Below are positions 27,623 through 36,320 of a stretch of DNA of 64,000 bases, one piece after another. The notes under the pieces were generated by a model. That model had not been told where the DNA came from. It saw nothing but the letters and a program-made list of their open reading frames with translations, and ran no database searches. The first letter of the stretch is position 1. Every line of letters begins with the position of its first letter. This DNA is from an uncultured Collinsella sp. (GTDB taxonomy: Bacteria > Actinomycetota > Coriobacteriia > Coriobacteriales > Coriobacteriaceae): assembly GCA_900543645.1 (NCBI GenBank), contig UQRZ01000002.1, positions 132,969 to 196,968 of the forward strand. Direction: 5' to 3'. The position numbers and the translations under genes are program-made.

Positions 27623-28390
27623 TTATCCAGCCTTATCTCCGCTTATGCCATTCGCCCATTCCCACCGAAGAACATAGCGATGCCCAATTATTGGTTTATC
27701 TATCGCCACTATCCAAATACTAGAAGCAACACTTTCGATTGTCAGATTTGAGACGAAACGATACTCAAGTTGTCCTAACCCACTTCTCTTCTTCATTTCT
27801 TCGGCGCTCAAGCTCGATTCATTAATGACATTTGGTATAGCACTTGCATCTAAGCATAGCGTCAAAGATTTACAAGGCCTTAGAACGACAAACGAATAAA
27901 ACGGTTTAAGGGAGTAAATTGGATCAAAGTGGTTGAATTCTAGAACGTACGAAAATTCCTCGCCACGCTCTCTGCCGAATAGATTGTACAAATAATATGG
28001 CTGTACCATACCTCTTGATGGATTAGGCTGAGGAGTGAACAATTCAACGCCATCGCCGTCAACCAGCTGCGGTGATGATGATGTACCGCCACCGCTCCAA
28101 TCATACAAACCGCCAATAAAATCCACCTTAGATTTGAGCAATCTTTCTTTAACACAAACTGTCGATTGAAACTGCCCCGCAGGAAAGAGTTTTAGCGTCA
28201 TTTTTCGATCGACTGTCAGAACTTGATAGCCAAGTGGGTGGCTGCGCAACCAATTAGCAGCCGCAGTTATTAAAAACAAAAGAAGCAGAGCGCCAGAAAA
28301 AAAAATGTTATCGAAGTAGATTTGGAATAACCCAGTGCAGACCATCGCAAGTACGCAAGTAAAAAGCTCTTTTACTAAGCCATCCTTCAT
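27623..28390 (-). CDS. Hypothetical membrane protein (two N-terminal TM helices plus soluble domain)
   Basis: 255 aa, AT-rich. TM1/TM2 in the first 60 aa. No family recognised. Confidence 0.45.
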   Translation of the reverse strand: MKDGLVKELFTCVLAMVCTGLFQIYFDNIFFSGALLLLFLITAAANWLRSHPLGYQVLTVDRKMTLKLFPAGQFQSTVCVKERLLKSKVDFIGGLYDWSGGGTSSSPQLVDGDGVELFTPQPNPSRGMVQPYYLYNLFGRERGEEFSYVLEFNHFDPIYSLKPFYSFVVLRPCKSLTLCLDASAIPNVINESSLSAEEMKKRSGLGQLEYRFVSNLTIESVASSIWIVAIDKPIIGHRYVLRWEWANGISGDKAG

Positions 28391-28587
28391 GCAGCGTCCC
28401 CCCCGATAACTTAGTTAAAAGGATCCAAATTCTTAAACGATGATGGTCAACTTGCGAATAGATCTTGAAGAACGCACTTTGTGCAAGACATACCTCTACG
28501 AACTATAAACCATACAAGAGTAAATCCTCCACAAAAAAGAAATTAGCCAAAATCAGTCGTTAAGCGACTCTTCGATTTTAATAAACA

Positions 28588-28797
28588 TCATCGCTTCCCA
28601 AGCACGCCTGTTCCGTAGATCGAAAAGACCTTGCAAGTCCCGTTTTCCTTCGAAAACACTTCGGCAGCAACTTCTTGAATATGCGCTCGCGAACTTTCAC
28701 GATCGCTCTTCTCAGACGACGCCTTTAAGGTGTAGTCATTGGCCATGCCTGCTGCATAGCTCTGATTATCGCCAAGAACAAAGACATCAGCTCCCAT
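28588..28797 (-). CDS. Hypothetical fragment (SGNH/GDSL-hydrolase-like N-terminus)
   Basis: 69 aa. N-terminal DVFVLGDNQSY resembles the SGNH block I region. Probably a remnant. Confidence 0.3.
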   Translation of the reverse strand: MGADVFVLGDNQSYAAGMANDYTLKASSEKSDRESSRAHIQEVAAEVFSKENGTCKVFSIYGTGVLGKR

Positions 28798-28829
28798 TGC
28801 AATATCCCAATCTTATAGTTTCAGAGGTT

Positions 28830-28992
28830 ATCGATAGTCGCTTCCAGTTTCTTTTCGAAGGGTTTTAAGGGTTTTATCCTTCCGGGCTTTACGTCCATCA
28901 GAGTTCCTAAGTGTCCCCGTGGGAAGGTCGTGTTTCTTCTCGTAGGTGCCAACCGTGCAATCGCTTCTGGTTTTCCTGACTTTTCCAAACAT
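28830..28992 (-). CDS. Small basic ORF (54 aa) not in the ORF track
   Basis: ATG MFGKVRKTRSDC... preceded by AGGAAAGGAA SD-like sequence. Lys/Arg-rich. Confidence 0.3.
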
Positions 28993-29184
28993 TCCTTTCC
29001 TCCTTTATAGAACGTTATTTAGTCATGATGTTTGCGACAGCAAATAGTTCTAGATACGTGTCATTAGTATAAGGCGCACATCCTTCGCATCGCCAGGCGA
29101 ACTAAATCAAGGTCCTAACAGAAATGAAGGGTATGAGGCAAAGAAATCTATAGCAAACACGCAAAGAAACAAATATCGCGACTA

Positions 29185-29320
29185 GTCCCGCTTAAACAGA
29201 TCCCTCGTGTAGACCTTGTCCGCCACGTCCGCGAGCTCGTCGCTCCAGCGGTTGGCAATGACAACGTCGCAGCAGGCCTTAAAGGCCTCCAGGTCGAGGG
29301 TCACCTCTGTTGATGTTCAC
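29185..29320 (-). pseudogene. ugd: Second ugd 3' remnant (about 42 codons), about 88% identical to 27055-27190
   Basis: Direct repeat of the ugd C-terminal coding sequence. Reading frame ends where the IS-like sequence begins. Confidence 0.6.
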
Positions 29321-29790
29321 TAAGAAGTGGTCCGAGTGTTCACTGGGAAATGGGCACCGTGAGCACGAAAAATTGAGCAGTTTAAGCAAGAGGGCCGCGC
29401 CCCGGGGACCGGGGGCGCGGCCCCGCCGCATGGTTTCCCCGGGCGGTTACTTTGGCGAGCCCGCCCGGGAAGGATGGAGGAGATGACCGTGCCCCTGGAC
29501 ACAGTGAATAATATACGGTCGATGAATGCCGCCGAGCGCTCGAGGTCCGAGATCGCCCGAGTGCTCCACGTGAGCCGAAACACCGTGGCGAAGTACGCCA
29601 CCCAATCGTTGAGCCATTGGTAGAGAGTCCGCCGAGAGGGGTACCCCGACTTGCGGGTCGTGCGCATGACGGACCCTCCGCATTCCTCGACCGTCTCGAC
29701 AGTCTTGCGCTTTTCCTCTTCCGTCTAGCTCGTCATCTGCGAACTCCTAACCGGACCGATTCGGTCCAACTATTTGTCCGCGCCCCCATC
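29321..29790. mobile_element. Degraded IS21-family insertion sequence remnant
   Basis: Contains a frameshifted istA-like 5' end. Direct repeats TGTTCACT near the left edge, as in IS21 terminal multi-repeats. Truncated before pgm. Confidence 0.4.
29480..29626 (+). pseudogene. IS21-family transposase IstA N-terminal HTH fragment
   Basis: Plus-strand translation MTVPLDTVNNIRSMNAAERSRSEIARVLHVSRNTVAKYA resembles the IstA HTH (IAR.LG.SRNTV.KY). Frame is lost after about 48 codons. Confidence 0.5.
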
Positions 29791-31512
29791 TCAGCAATCA
29801 AGCAATGCATTCATAGAGCTCCACAAAGCATCCAATAGGTTATCAGCAGATTCTTTCGTCAAGCCCTTCGCAAAGAGATACACCTTGAGCTTAGGCTCAG
29901 TACCACTTGGACGAACAAGCACACGAGACCCGTTCGAGAGTCTCCACTCAAGCACGTTGCTCGGCGGTAGTATTTGAACGGGCTCGTCAGCTAGCGAATT
30001 CACCATTGGCATAGGCGCTCCCGCTTTGTAGTCAATCACATGGTCAACTGTCAAGTTGGCGATCTCGGTAGGAGCTCCCGCGCGAAATCTGTCCATAAGC
30101 GCAGTCATTCGCTCGGCACCGTCGACACCCTCGAAAGCTCTCGTTAACTGCTTGCCAGACCACCAGCCGTAGCGGTCATACAAGCGCGCCATGGCATCGA
30201 CCAGATCAAGCCCATCGGCCTTCAGGTCCGCGGCCATCTCGCACACGAGCATACACGCTTCGATGCCGTCTTTATCGCGCACGTGCGTTCCAGACAGATA
30301 CCCAAGGCTCTCTTCAAGGCCGAACAGGAAATCGCCCCGTCGACCATCCCGCTCAAGGAGCCCGATTTGCTCACCGGTGAATTTAAAACCCGTCAACGTG
30401 CGTCTGAGCTCTAAGCCATACCCATTTGCCACATCATCAGCCATGGGCGTTGAAACAATCGTGGTGACAGCAACTTTTCGGTCAAGCCCTCCCCTCGAAG
30501 CAGCCCGTCGAGCAAGCCAGTCCAGCAATAACACGCCAACCTGATTACCCGATAGCGTTATATATTCACCGCCATGGCGAACAACAACTCCCACTCGGTC
30601 AGCATCGGGATCCGTCGCCAAGGCAAGATCGCATCTCTCTCGGCTCGCGAGATCAATAACAGCCTCCATGGTCTGCGGAACCTCGGGGTTAGGCTTAGGA
30701 CACGTTGGGAAGTCACCGTTCGGCTCGGCCTGTTCCGCAACGACATGAAATGCTCCCATACCCATATTGCCAAGCACGCGCTGCACACACACAAGGCCGG
30801 CACCGTTGAGCGGAGTATACGCGACTGATAGGTCACTGCAATCAATGCCCTGCGAGCACGAGAGCGTAGAGTTGACATAACGGTCTAAGACATCTCCACT
30901 GGCCCACGCAGTCAAACCAGATTCAATTACCGCATCGAAAGGCTCCGCGCAAACATCGTCAAAAATATCAACCGAATCGATGGCAGCCTGAATTTGCCGG
31001 CACATCTCTGTTGTCGCCTGGCAGCCATCGGGTCCGTAGACCTTGAATCCGTTGTACTCAGCCGGATTATGCGAGGCGGTAACGACAATGCCCGCCGAGC
31101 AGCCGAGGTCTCGGACAGCGAACGAAAGAACTGGCGTGGGAGAGGGATGCCCGAATACCACGGAGCGAATTCCGTTTGCAGCGAGCACCTCAGCGGCACG
31201 ACGAACGAATTCCGGGCCGCCGTGGCGCGAATCCCGTGCAATAACAACCAGCGGTTCATCAACCTGCGAGTTGAGCCAATTGGCGAGACCCTGAGTAGCC
31301 TTACCCACCGTCCACACATTCAACCGGTTAGGGCCCATACCAATCTTAGCGCGCAAGCCACCCGTACCGAAATGGAGGTCACGAGCGAACGCGTCCTTTA
31401 GAAGCTGAGGATTAGACGCGAGGGCATTCAGAGCCTCCCGATCCTCATTACCGTCCATCGCTTCCAGCCAGCGATCAAATTCGTTTTCGATTGATACGTC
31501 GTTCACCGTCAT
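29791..31512 (-). CDS. Phospho-sugar mutase (phosphoglucomutase/phosphomannomutase family)
   Basis: 573 aa. Active-site TASHNPAEYNG and a metal-binding DPDADR loop. Confidence 0.85.
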   Translation of the reverse strand: MTVNDVSIENEFDRWLEAMDGNEDREALNALASNPQLLKDAFARDLHFGTGGLRAKIGMGPNRLNVWTVGKATQGLANWLNSQVDEPLVVIARDSRHGGPEFVRRAAEVLAANGIRSVVFGHPSPTPVLSFAVRDLGCSAGIVVTASHNPAEYNGFKVYGPDGCQATTEMCRQIQAAIDSVDIFDDVCAEPFDAVIESGLTAWASGDVLDRYVNSTLSCSQGIDCSDLSVAYTPLNGAGLVCVQRVLGNMGMGAFHVVAEQAEPNGDFPTCPKPNPEVPQTMEAVIDLASRERCDLALATDPDADRVGVVVRHGGEYITLSGNQVGVLLLDWLARRAASRGGLDRKVAVTTIVSTPMADDVANGYGLELRRTLTGFKFTGEQIGLLERDGRRGDFLFGLEESLGYLSGTHVRDKDGIEACMLVCEMAADLKADGLDLVDAMARLYDRYGWWSGKQLTRAFEGVDGAERMTALMDRFRAGAPTEIANLTVDHVIDYKAGAPMPMVNSLADEPVQILPPSNVLEWRLSNGSRVLVRPSGTEPKLKVYLFAKGLTKESADNLLDALWSSMNALLDC

Positions 31513-31562
31513 TCCCCCGTCGATGAGTCCATAACCCTAATTGCTTACAAGATGCGAAGAGC

Positions 31563-32549
31563 TTATACCTCTATGAAAATCTCACCGATTTCCTTGCGGT
31601 GACTATACGGAACCATCGTGCAATCCGGGTAGTAACCGGCACCCAAGACAACCGCGATGCGCTCGCTGTCCTTAAGGTTCAGCAGCTTGGAAATAGCCGC
31701 CTCCTCGGCACCGGTATTCCCCCACTGTAGGAAACACGACCCGATTCCCTTGAAGTGGAGAGCGTCGGCGAACCTCATGGCAACAAGGCCCGCATTTAAA
31801 TAGCCCTGATTACGCTCTCCGTAAAAGGTGAACGCGTTGAGATCGAACGTCACGACAAAGAGCGTGACGGCGTCCTTGTCAAACCCACCAAGGCCCATAA
31901 TCGCATCTTTGAGCTTGGACGCCTTTGCCTGATCGGTAACCTCGAGAATCTTAATCATCTGCCTGTTGCAGGCGGTAGGCGCATACCGAGCCGCTTCCAC
32001 GCAATCAAGAACATCGTCGCGCTTCAAGGGCACGCGCTTAAATTCACGAACAGAATGACGATCTTTGATAACGGTCGTGAAATCATCAATGCGATGCGCC
32101 GTCGCATCTTGAAGCGTGTATTCATGAGCGCCGACAGGGACCGGTTCGAAAGAGGCCGGAATCGTCTTCAGGAACTCGTTCACGGCTTTATAGCCGTCTT
32201 CCTGCTGCCAGCCATGCTTATCAAACAGGTCTTTCCAAACCAAAAGAATGCTGACGCCCATCTCATACGCCGTCGATACCTTCTGGTTCTCGGAATACGT
32301 CTTCAAATAATCAATCAGCTCTCGCACCTTCTTCTTGCCGAAGGGACGAAGGCCCTGAGAGCACATGCCCTTTTCCAAGCTGTGAACAATCAGAAGCACG
32401 TGATAATCAACACACGCGTGATCCGACATCGACTCCGCGTAGTTGGCGACGAATCGATTCGCATCGGTACGCATCTCCCTGCGAACCTTATGTGCCTTCA
32501 CAACCCTACGCAGGGCATCAATTGATTGCAGCTGCTCCTTAACGGACAT
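31563..32549 (-). CDS. Nitroreductase-family protein with about 150-aa N-terminal extension
   Basis: C-terminal half shows the nitroreductase pattern (RHSVREF...APTACNRQ). N-terminal domain unassigned. Sits inside the polysaccharide locus. Confidence 0.6.
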   Translation of the reverse strand: MSVKEQLQSIDALRRVVKAHKVRREMRTDANRFVANYAESMSDHACVDYHVLLIVHSLEKGMCSQGLRPFGKKKVRELIDYLKTYSENQKVSTAYEMGVSILLVWKDLFDKHGWQQEDGYKAVNEFLKTIPASFEPVPVGAHEYTLQDATAHRIDDFTTVIKDRHSVREFKRVPLKRDDVLDCVEAARYAPTACNRQMIKILEVTDQAKASKLKDAIMGLGGFDKDAVTLFVVTFDLNAFTFYGERNQGYLNAGLVAMRFADALHFKGIGSCFLQWGNTGAEEAAISKLLNLKDSERIAVVLGAGYYPDCTMVPYSHRKEIGEIFIEV

Positions 32550-34026
32550 TCTTTTTTCTCCTTACGATTGAAAGGCCAAATTCGAATAGCGTTTTGTCAA
32601 ATACATGCGCCCAAAGCACCGTCAAAGGAATGAACAGAATCGAACCGACAAAAAGCTGAAGGATCAACGTCAAAACCGAGATACCAAATACCCGTTGGAC
32701 TAGTAATGCCGGAAGTGCACTTGCAAGTCCAATCAGGTAGTACGGCACGCTGGCAAGCACTGCCTTTGAGTAATCGAATCGTGACCTCAAACGGAAATAT
32801 TGATAAAGCGGAACGAAGCTTTCAGCCACTAGGGACGCTATAGCCGCACCCAACGCAGCCAAACGAGGAATCAGCAATACATTGATAAGCACGTTCAAAA
32901 TACTGCTGATAAGAGTGGACTTCACATAGATGTCATCAATTTTGCTCGGAATGATGTACTGCATTCTGATGACATTGCCTAACCCCATGGCAATTAGAGC
33001 AAAACCGGACAGACGCAAGATGTTGGCGCTTTGGCTGAACTCAGCACCAAACAAGAGATCAATCAAACTGTCTGCAACTGCGAACAAGCAAAACGCCATC
33101 ATCGAGGTCATTATTGCCATGAGCCTTAGGGAGAGGGAGATATAGTGCTCGATTTTCGCCGAGTCCCCCTCAGCCACCAATTTCGACATCTTCGGCATCA
33201 TGACTGAACCGAAAGAAGCAATCAGGCCTGACAGGCAGTAGACGATTTTCTCTCCATTATCAAAAATACCTGTCTGAACCATGGTGCTCATCGCACCCAG
33301 CATCACTCTGTTCAACGACCGATATACATTCAAAGCAAGCGTTGGGATTAGCAACAACGAGCAGGGAAAGAGGTGCTCTTTGAAGTCCAACAGATACTGA
33401 GGAAGGATTCGTACACGCTTCCTCAGTCCTATCCAGTTCGTAAGATAGCCGCACACATATCCGCTCACCATGATCAATGCGTACAGCGGCGTGTCGCTCT
33501 TCGTTTTCACGAACAGGAAAATCCCGGCGACGCTCAGCAGCTTGACCGTAATATTCCTGATGGAAACACGCCGAAAGTCCTCGAGGCCAAACCAAAACCA
33601 ATCGATATCCGAAAAGGTGCCGACCACCCAAATCAGAAACACCAAGGCCATGATGAAATGTTCAGAGGAAAAGCAGAATGCGTAAATGGCATAGCAAATC
33701 GAAATCAAAACCGTCGAGCAGCACTGAAGTCCAAAAAGACGCGAGAACAGCTGATTCAACGCATCCTGATTGCCACGTACTTTGGCGATTTCCCGCGTTC
33801 CATAATTGGTAAGCCCGAGCTTGGCAATAAGAATCACGAATTGCGCGATGGAAAACGAATACGCGTATATTCCAGTACCCTCAGCGCCGATGATTCGAGC
33901 AAGATATGGTGCCGTCACAAGCGGCAATCCCATATTCAGAATCGAATACGCTGAGTTATAGATAAAGTTCTTTTTTGTGCCTACTGCCATAGAGCTAATC
34001 CTGAACACATTTCTCGAGATAGCCAA
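32539..34026 (-). CDS. wzx: Oligosaccharide flippase (Wzx, MOP superfamily)
   Basis: 495 aa with about 12-14 TM segments. AT-rich. Confidence 0.75.
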   Translation of the reverse strand: MAISRNVFRISSMAVGTKKNFIYNSAYSILNMGLPLVTAPYLARIIGAEGTGIYAYSFSIAQFVILIAKLGLTNYGTREIAKVRGNQDALNQLFSRLFGLQCCSTVLISICYAIYAFCFSSEHFIMALVFLIWVVGTFSDIDWFWFGLEDFRRVSIRNITVKLLSVAGIFLFVKTKSDTPLYALIMVSGYVCGYLTNWIGLRKRVRILPQYLLDFKEHLFPCSLLLIPTLALNVYRSLNRVMLGAMSTMVQTGIFDNGEKIVYCLSGLIASFGSVMMPKMSKLVAEGDSAKIEHYISLSLRLMAIMTSMMAFCLFAVADSLIDLLFGAEFSQSANILRLSGFALIAMGLGNVIRMQYIIPSKIDDIYVKSTLISSILNVLINVLLIPRLAALGAAIASLVAESFVPLYQYFRLRSRFDYSKAVLASVPYYLIGLASALPALLVQRVFGISVLTLILQLFVGSILFIPLTVLWAHVFDKTLFEFGLSIVRRKKNVR

Positions 34027-35041
34027 TAGAGCTGGCTCTCAACTCGCTGAATTTACTTTCAACCGAGGTGTAATCAATATCCTCGTTGAGAACGGCTTCG
34101 ATTCCCGCACCGACAATTCGCTGATCCAACGCAAGGTCATGCAGCAAGTTCTCAATCTTTTTCTTTTGATAGTCAAGAACGACAAACCGCTTATGGAAAA
34201 TCAACGAGAACACCGTACCGTGGAAGGTGTTGGTGACAACAGCTGATGCGCCATTAAAGCAGGAAAGAAAAGAAACGACGGTCGATTCATAATGCATATC
34301 AGCGAACGGCATACGGCGACCAAGTGACACTATTTTCAAGCTGTTATCGGCTGCATACTGTTTGATCTCGTCGACCACCGCAGCTGAAGGCGTATCGAAC
34401 AGATACAGTAGAAGATAGGTGCCCGCTTCTTCCATTGACCTACAGAATCCCTGATAAAAACTTCGATCCTTCAAGAGCGTGGGGTCGCACACCTTGCACG
34501 GTACCCGATCCGTCCGAGAAGTGATGTACTCGAGGGAACAGTCATCCCTAACGCTGATGTTCGCGTACTTCTTTATGGACTCACATGGATACTTCAGCGA
34601 ATCCAACGTTTCATAGGGCGAATTCGCGATTGAGGCTGCATAGGTAACGATCTTAGAACCATCCCATGGCAATCCCCAGAAGACATCCTGGGACTCCAAG
34701 AAATATGGCGACGTTACATCCCAAACGGTATCGCTGCCAATGGAAAGCAAATCAAAGCGTTCAGCTCCACTAGGATCGACGATGTGAAAATGTTCACGAA
34801 TGAACTGCCGGGAATCTCGATACTTTTTAATAACGGCTCCTGGACTTGACCTAGACACCAAAGCCTTTATAACGTCCTTGAATTCCTTCTTGTAAGAAAG
34901 CGCTGAGAGCTTATTGATCGTAGAGATGAATGACACATTGCATCCAAGCTTGCTGTACGCATCCTGCATCGCAAGCGCTTGAAGCACGCTTCCGCAATTG
35001 GTGCTATATATGACTGTAATGATTCCGACGCTATGCTTCAT
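33995..35041 (-). CDS. Polysaccharide pyruvyl transferase (CsaB/WcaK family), paralog 1
   Basis: 348 aa. Pyruvyl transferase pattern including NTFHGTVFSL. Confidence 0.7.
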   Translation of the reverse strand: MKHSVGIITVIYSTNCGSVLQALAMQDAYSKLGCNVSFISTINKLSALSYKKEFKDVIKALVSRSSPGAVIKKYRDSRQFIREHFHIVDPSGAERFDLLSIGSDTVWDVTSPYFLESQDVFWGLPWDGSKIVTYAASIANSPYETLDSLKYPCESIKKYANISVRDDCSLEYITSRTDRVPCKVCDPTLLKDRSFYQGFCRSMEEAGTYLLLYLFDTPSAAVVDEIKQYAADNSLKIVSLGRRMPFADMHYESTVVSFLSCFNGASAVVTNTFHGTVFSLIFHKRFVVLDYQKKKIENLLHDLALDQRIVGAGIEAVLNEDIDYTSVESKFSELRASSIGYLEKCVQD

Positions 35042-35057
35042 GAGCTCATCGGCCTCC

Positions 35058-36320
35058 TTATCGCTTGCTTAAATAGGGTTTTCGATTTTCCGCACCCTCA
35101 GGAATGTCAACGGTCTCTGAGCTATCCATAGCCTTCTCTTGAGAAACGTTCATGCACATAACCGCAAGATAGAAAGTTACCCAAACACTGAAATAATCAA
35201 GAATATGCGATGTAATGGCAACGAAGACGAGATACAGCATCATAAAGAAATGCCAATAGTTCTTCTTTGAGAATTCCACAATGCCGAAAGCGAAAGATGC
35301 GATTCCCAGAAATCCCGTTTCCAAGTAGATGCCGATAGTGTCGTTGTGAAGAATACCGTTCCACACAGTACCGAAATGCGATGAAGCGTACCCGGCTAGA
35401 TAGTAATTAATCGAACCATAGCCATTAAAGTCGCCAGACATACCCGATATGGCAAGATGATAGATGGTTGGACGGCCAGTCATCTCAGCGTTAAGGTCAA
35501 TTCCAAAGGAGCTATACAGCCATCCCATCACGTCATACCTGTAAAGCCACATCAGAACGAATGGGCTCAGAACTATCGCAACCATAACGAGCACACGATA
35601 GACGCGTTTCACATCACCCTTAGGCACGCGACTCGACAAGACAAATGCAACCGGGGCGAGAATGAAACTAAGGCGCTTCATCGAAAGCATACAGAAAAGA
35701 AAGCAAATAAAGGCCTTTCCTTTCTGCTTCATCGCCAGAAAGAGCATCTCCATGATTAGAAAGTCATGAGCAAGAGAGGATTCGGTCGCCGCCTCGGAAT
35801 CAAACCAGTTTATTGAGAGAATGCTACTTAAGGACAGCTTGTCAGCATTCATAAAAAGAAAATGACAGCAGAATCTGACCAAGAGGATGTTGAAGTAATA
35901 GTTCCAATCCTCTTCATCGACCGAATTAGCAAATAGCAGGGCATTGATAATCGGCAAACCAAGGCGTCCAAGCGCAGAGAACAGGAACCCTCGTAACCCA
36001 TCATGCATAATCTGAATTGGAATTGAGATGGCTCCAAAAACGACGATAAAGAAAAGTATGTAACCGGCATACTGAAATCCGCGTTTTTTAGCGGTGCCTC
36101 TATATACAAAGATAATGCCGTTGGCAGCACAAAAGAGCAGCAAAGTAGCCATATATAGGGCCTGTGACGCATACCCCAGCATGTAGGCAACATAAAGCAG
36201 GTTGTAGAGAATGAACAACAGGAACCTAAACCCCGACTTAGGAAGAAGCGGGGTGTTCAAAGCTCTCTGAATAATACTTGTCATCGTATTCATATTCGTA
36301 TTGCGAATCACGCTAGCCAA
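35058..36320 (-). CDS. wzy: O-antigen/polysaccharide polymerase (Wzy-like, O-antigen ligase family)
   Basis: 420 aa with about 10-12 TM helices and a large periplasmic loop. Confidence 0.65.
   Translation of the reverse strand: MASVIRNTNMNTMTSIIQRALNTPLLPKSGFRFLLFILYNLLYVAYMLGYASQALYMATLLLFCAANGIIFVYRGTAKKRGFQYAGYILFFIVVFGAISIPIQIMHDGLRGFLFSALGRLGLPIINALLFANSVDEEDWNYYFNILLVRFCCHFLFMNADKLSLSSILSINWFDSEAATESSLAHDFLIMEMLFLAMKQKGKAFICFLFCMLSMKRLSFILAPVAFVLSSRVPKGDVKRVYRVLVMVAIVLSPFVLMWLYRYDVMGWLYSSFGIDLNAEMTGRPTIYHLAISGMSGDFNGYGSINYYLAGYASSHFGTVWNGILHNDTIGIYLETGFLGIASFAFGIVEFSKKNYWHFFMMLYLVFVAITSHILDYFSVWVTFYLAVMCMNVSQEKAMDSSETVDIPEGAENRKPYLSKR

Noticed and set aside
29320-29667. 115-aa minus-strand ORF
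   Set aside because: It lies opposite the IS21-like IstA HTH remnant. The translation is low-complexity with no SD. The plus-strand reading has recognisable transposase similarity.
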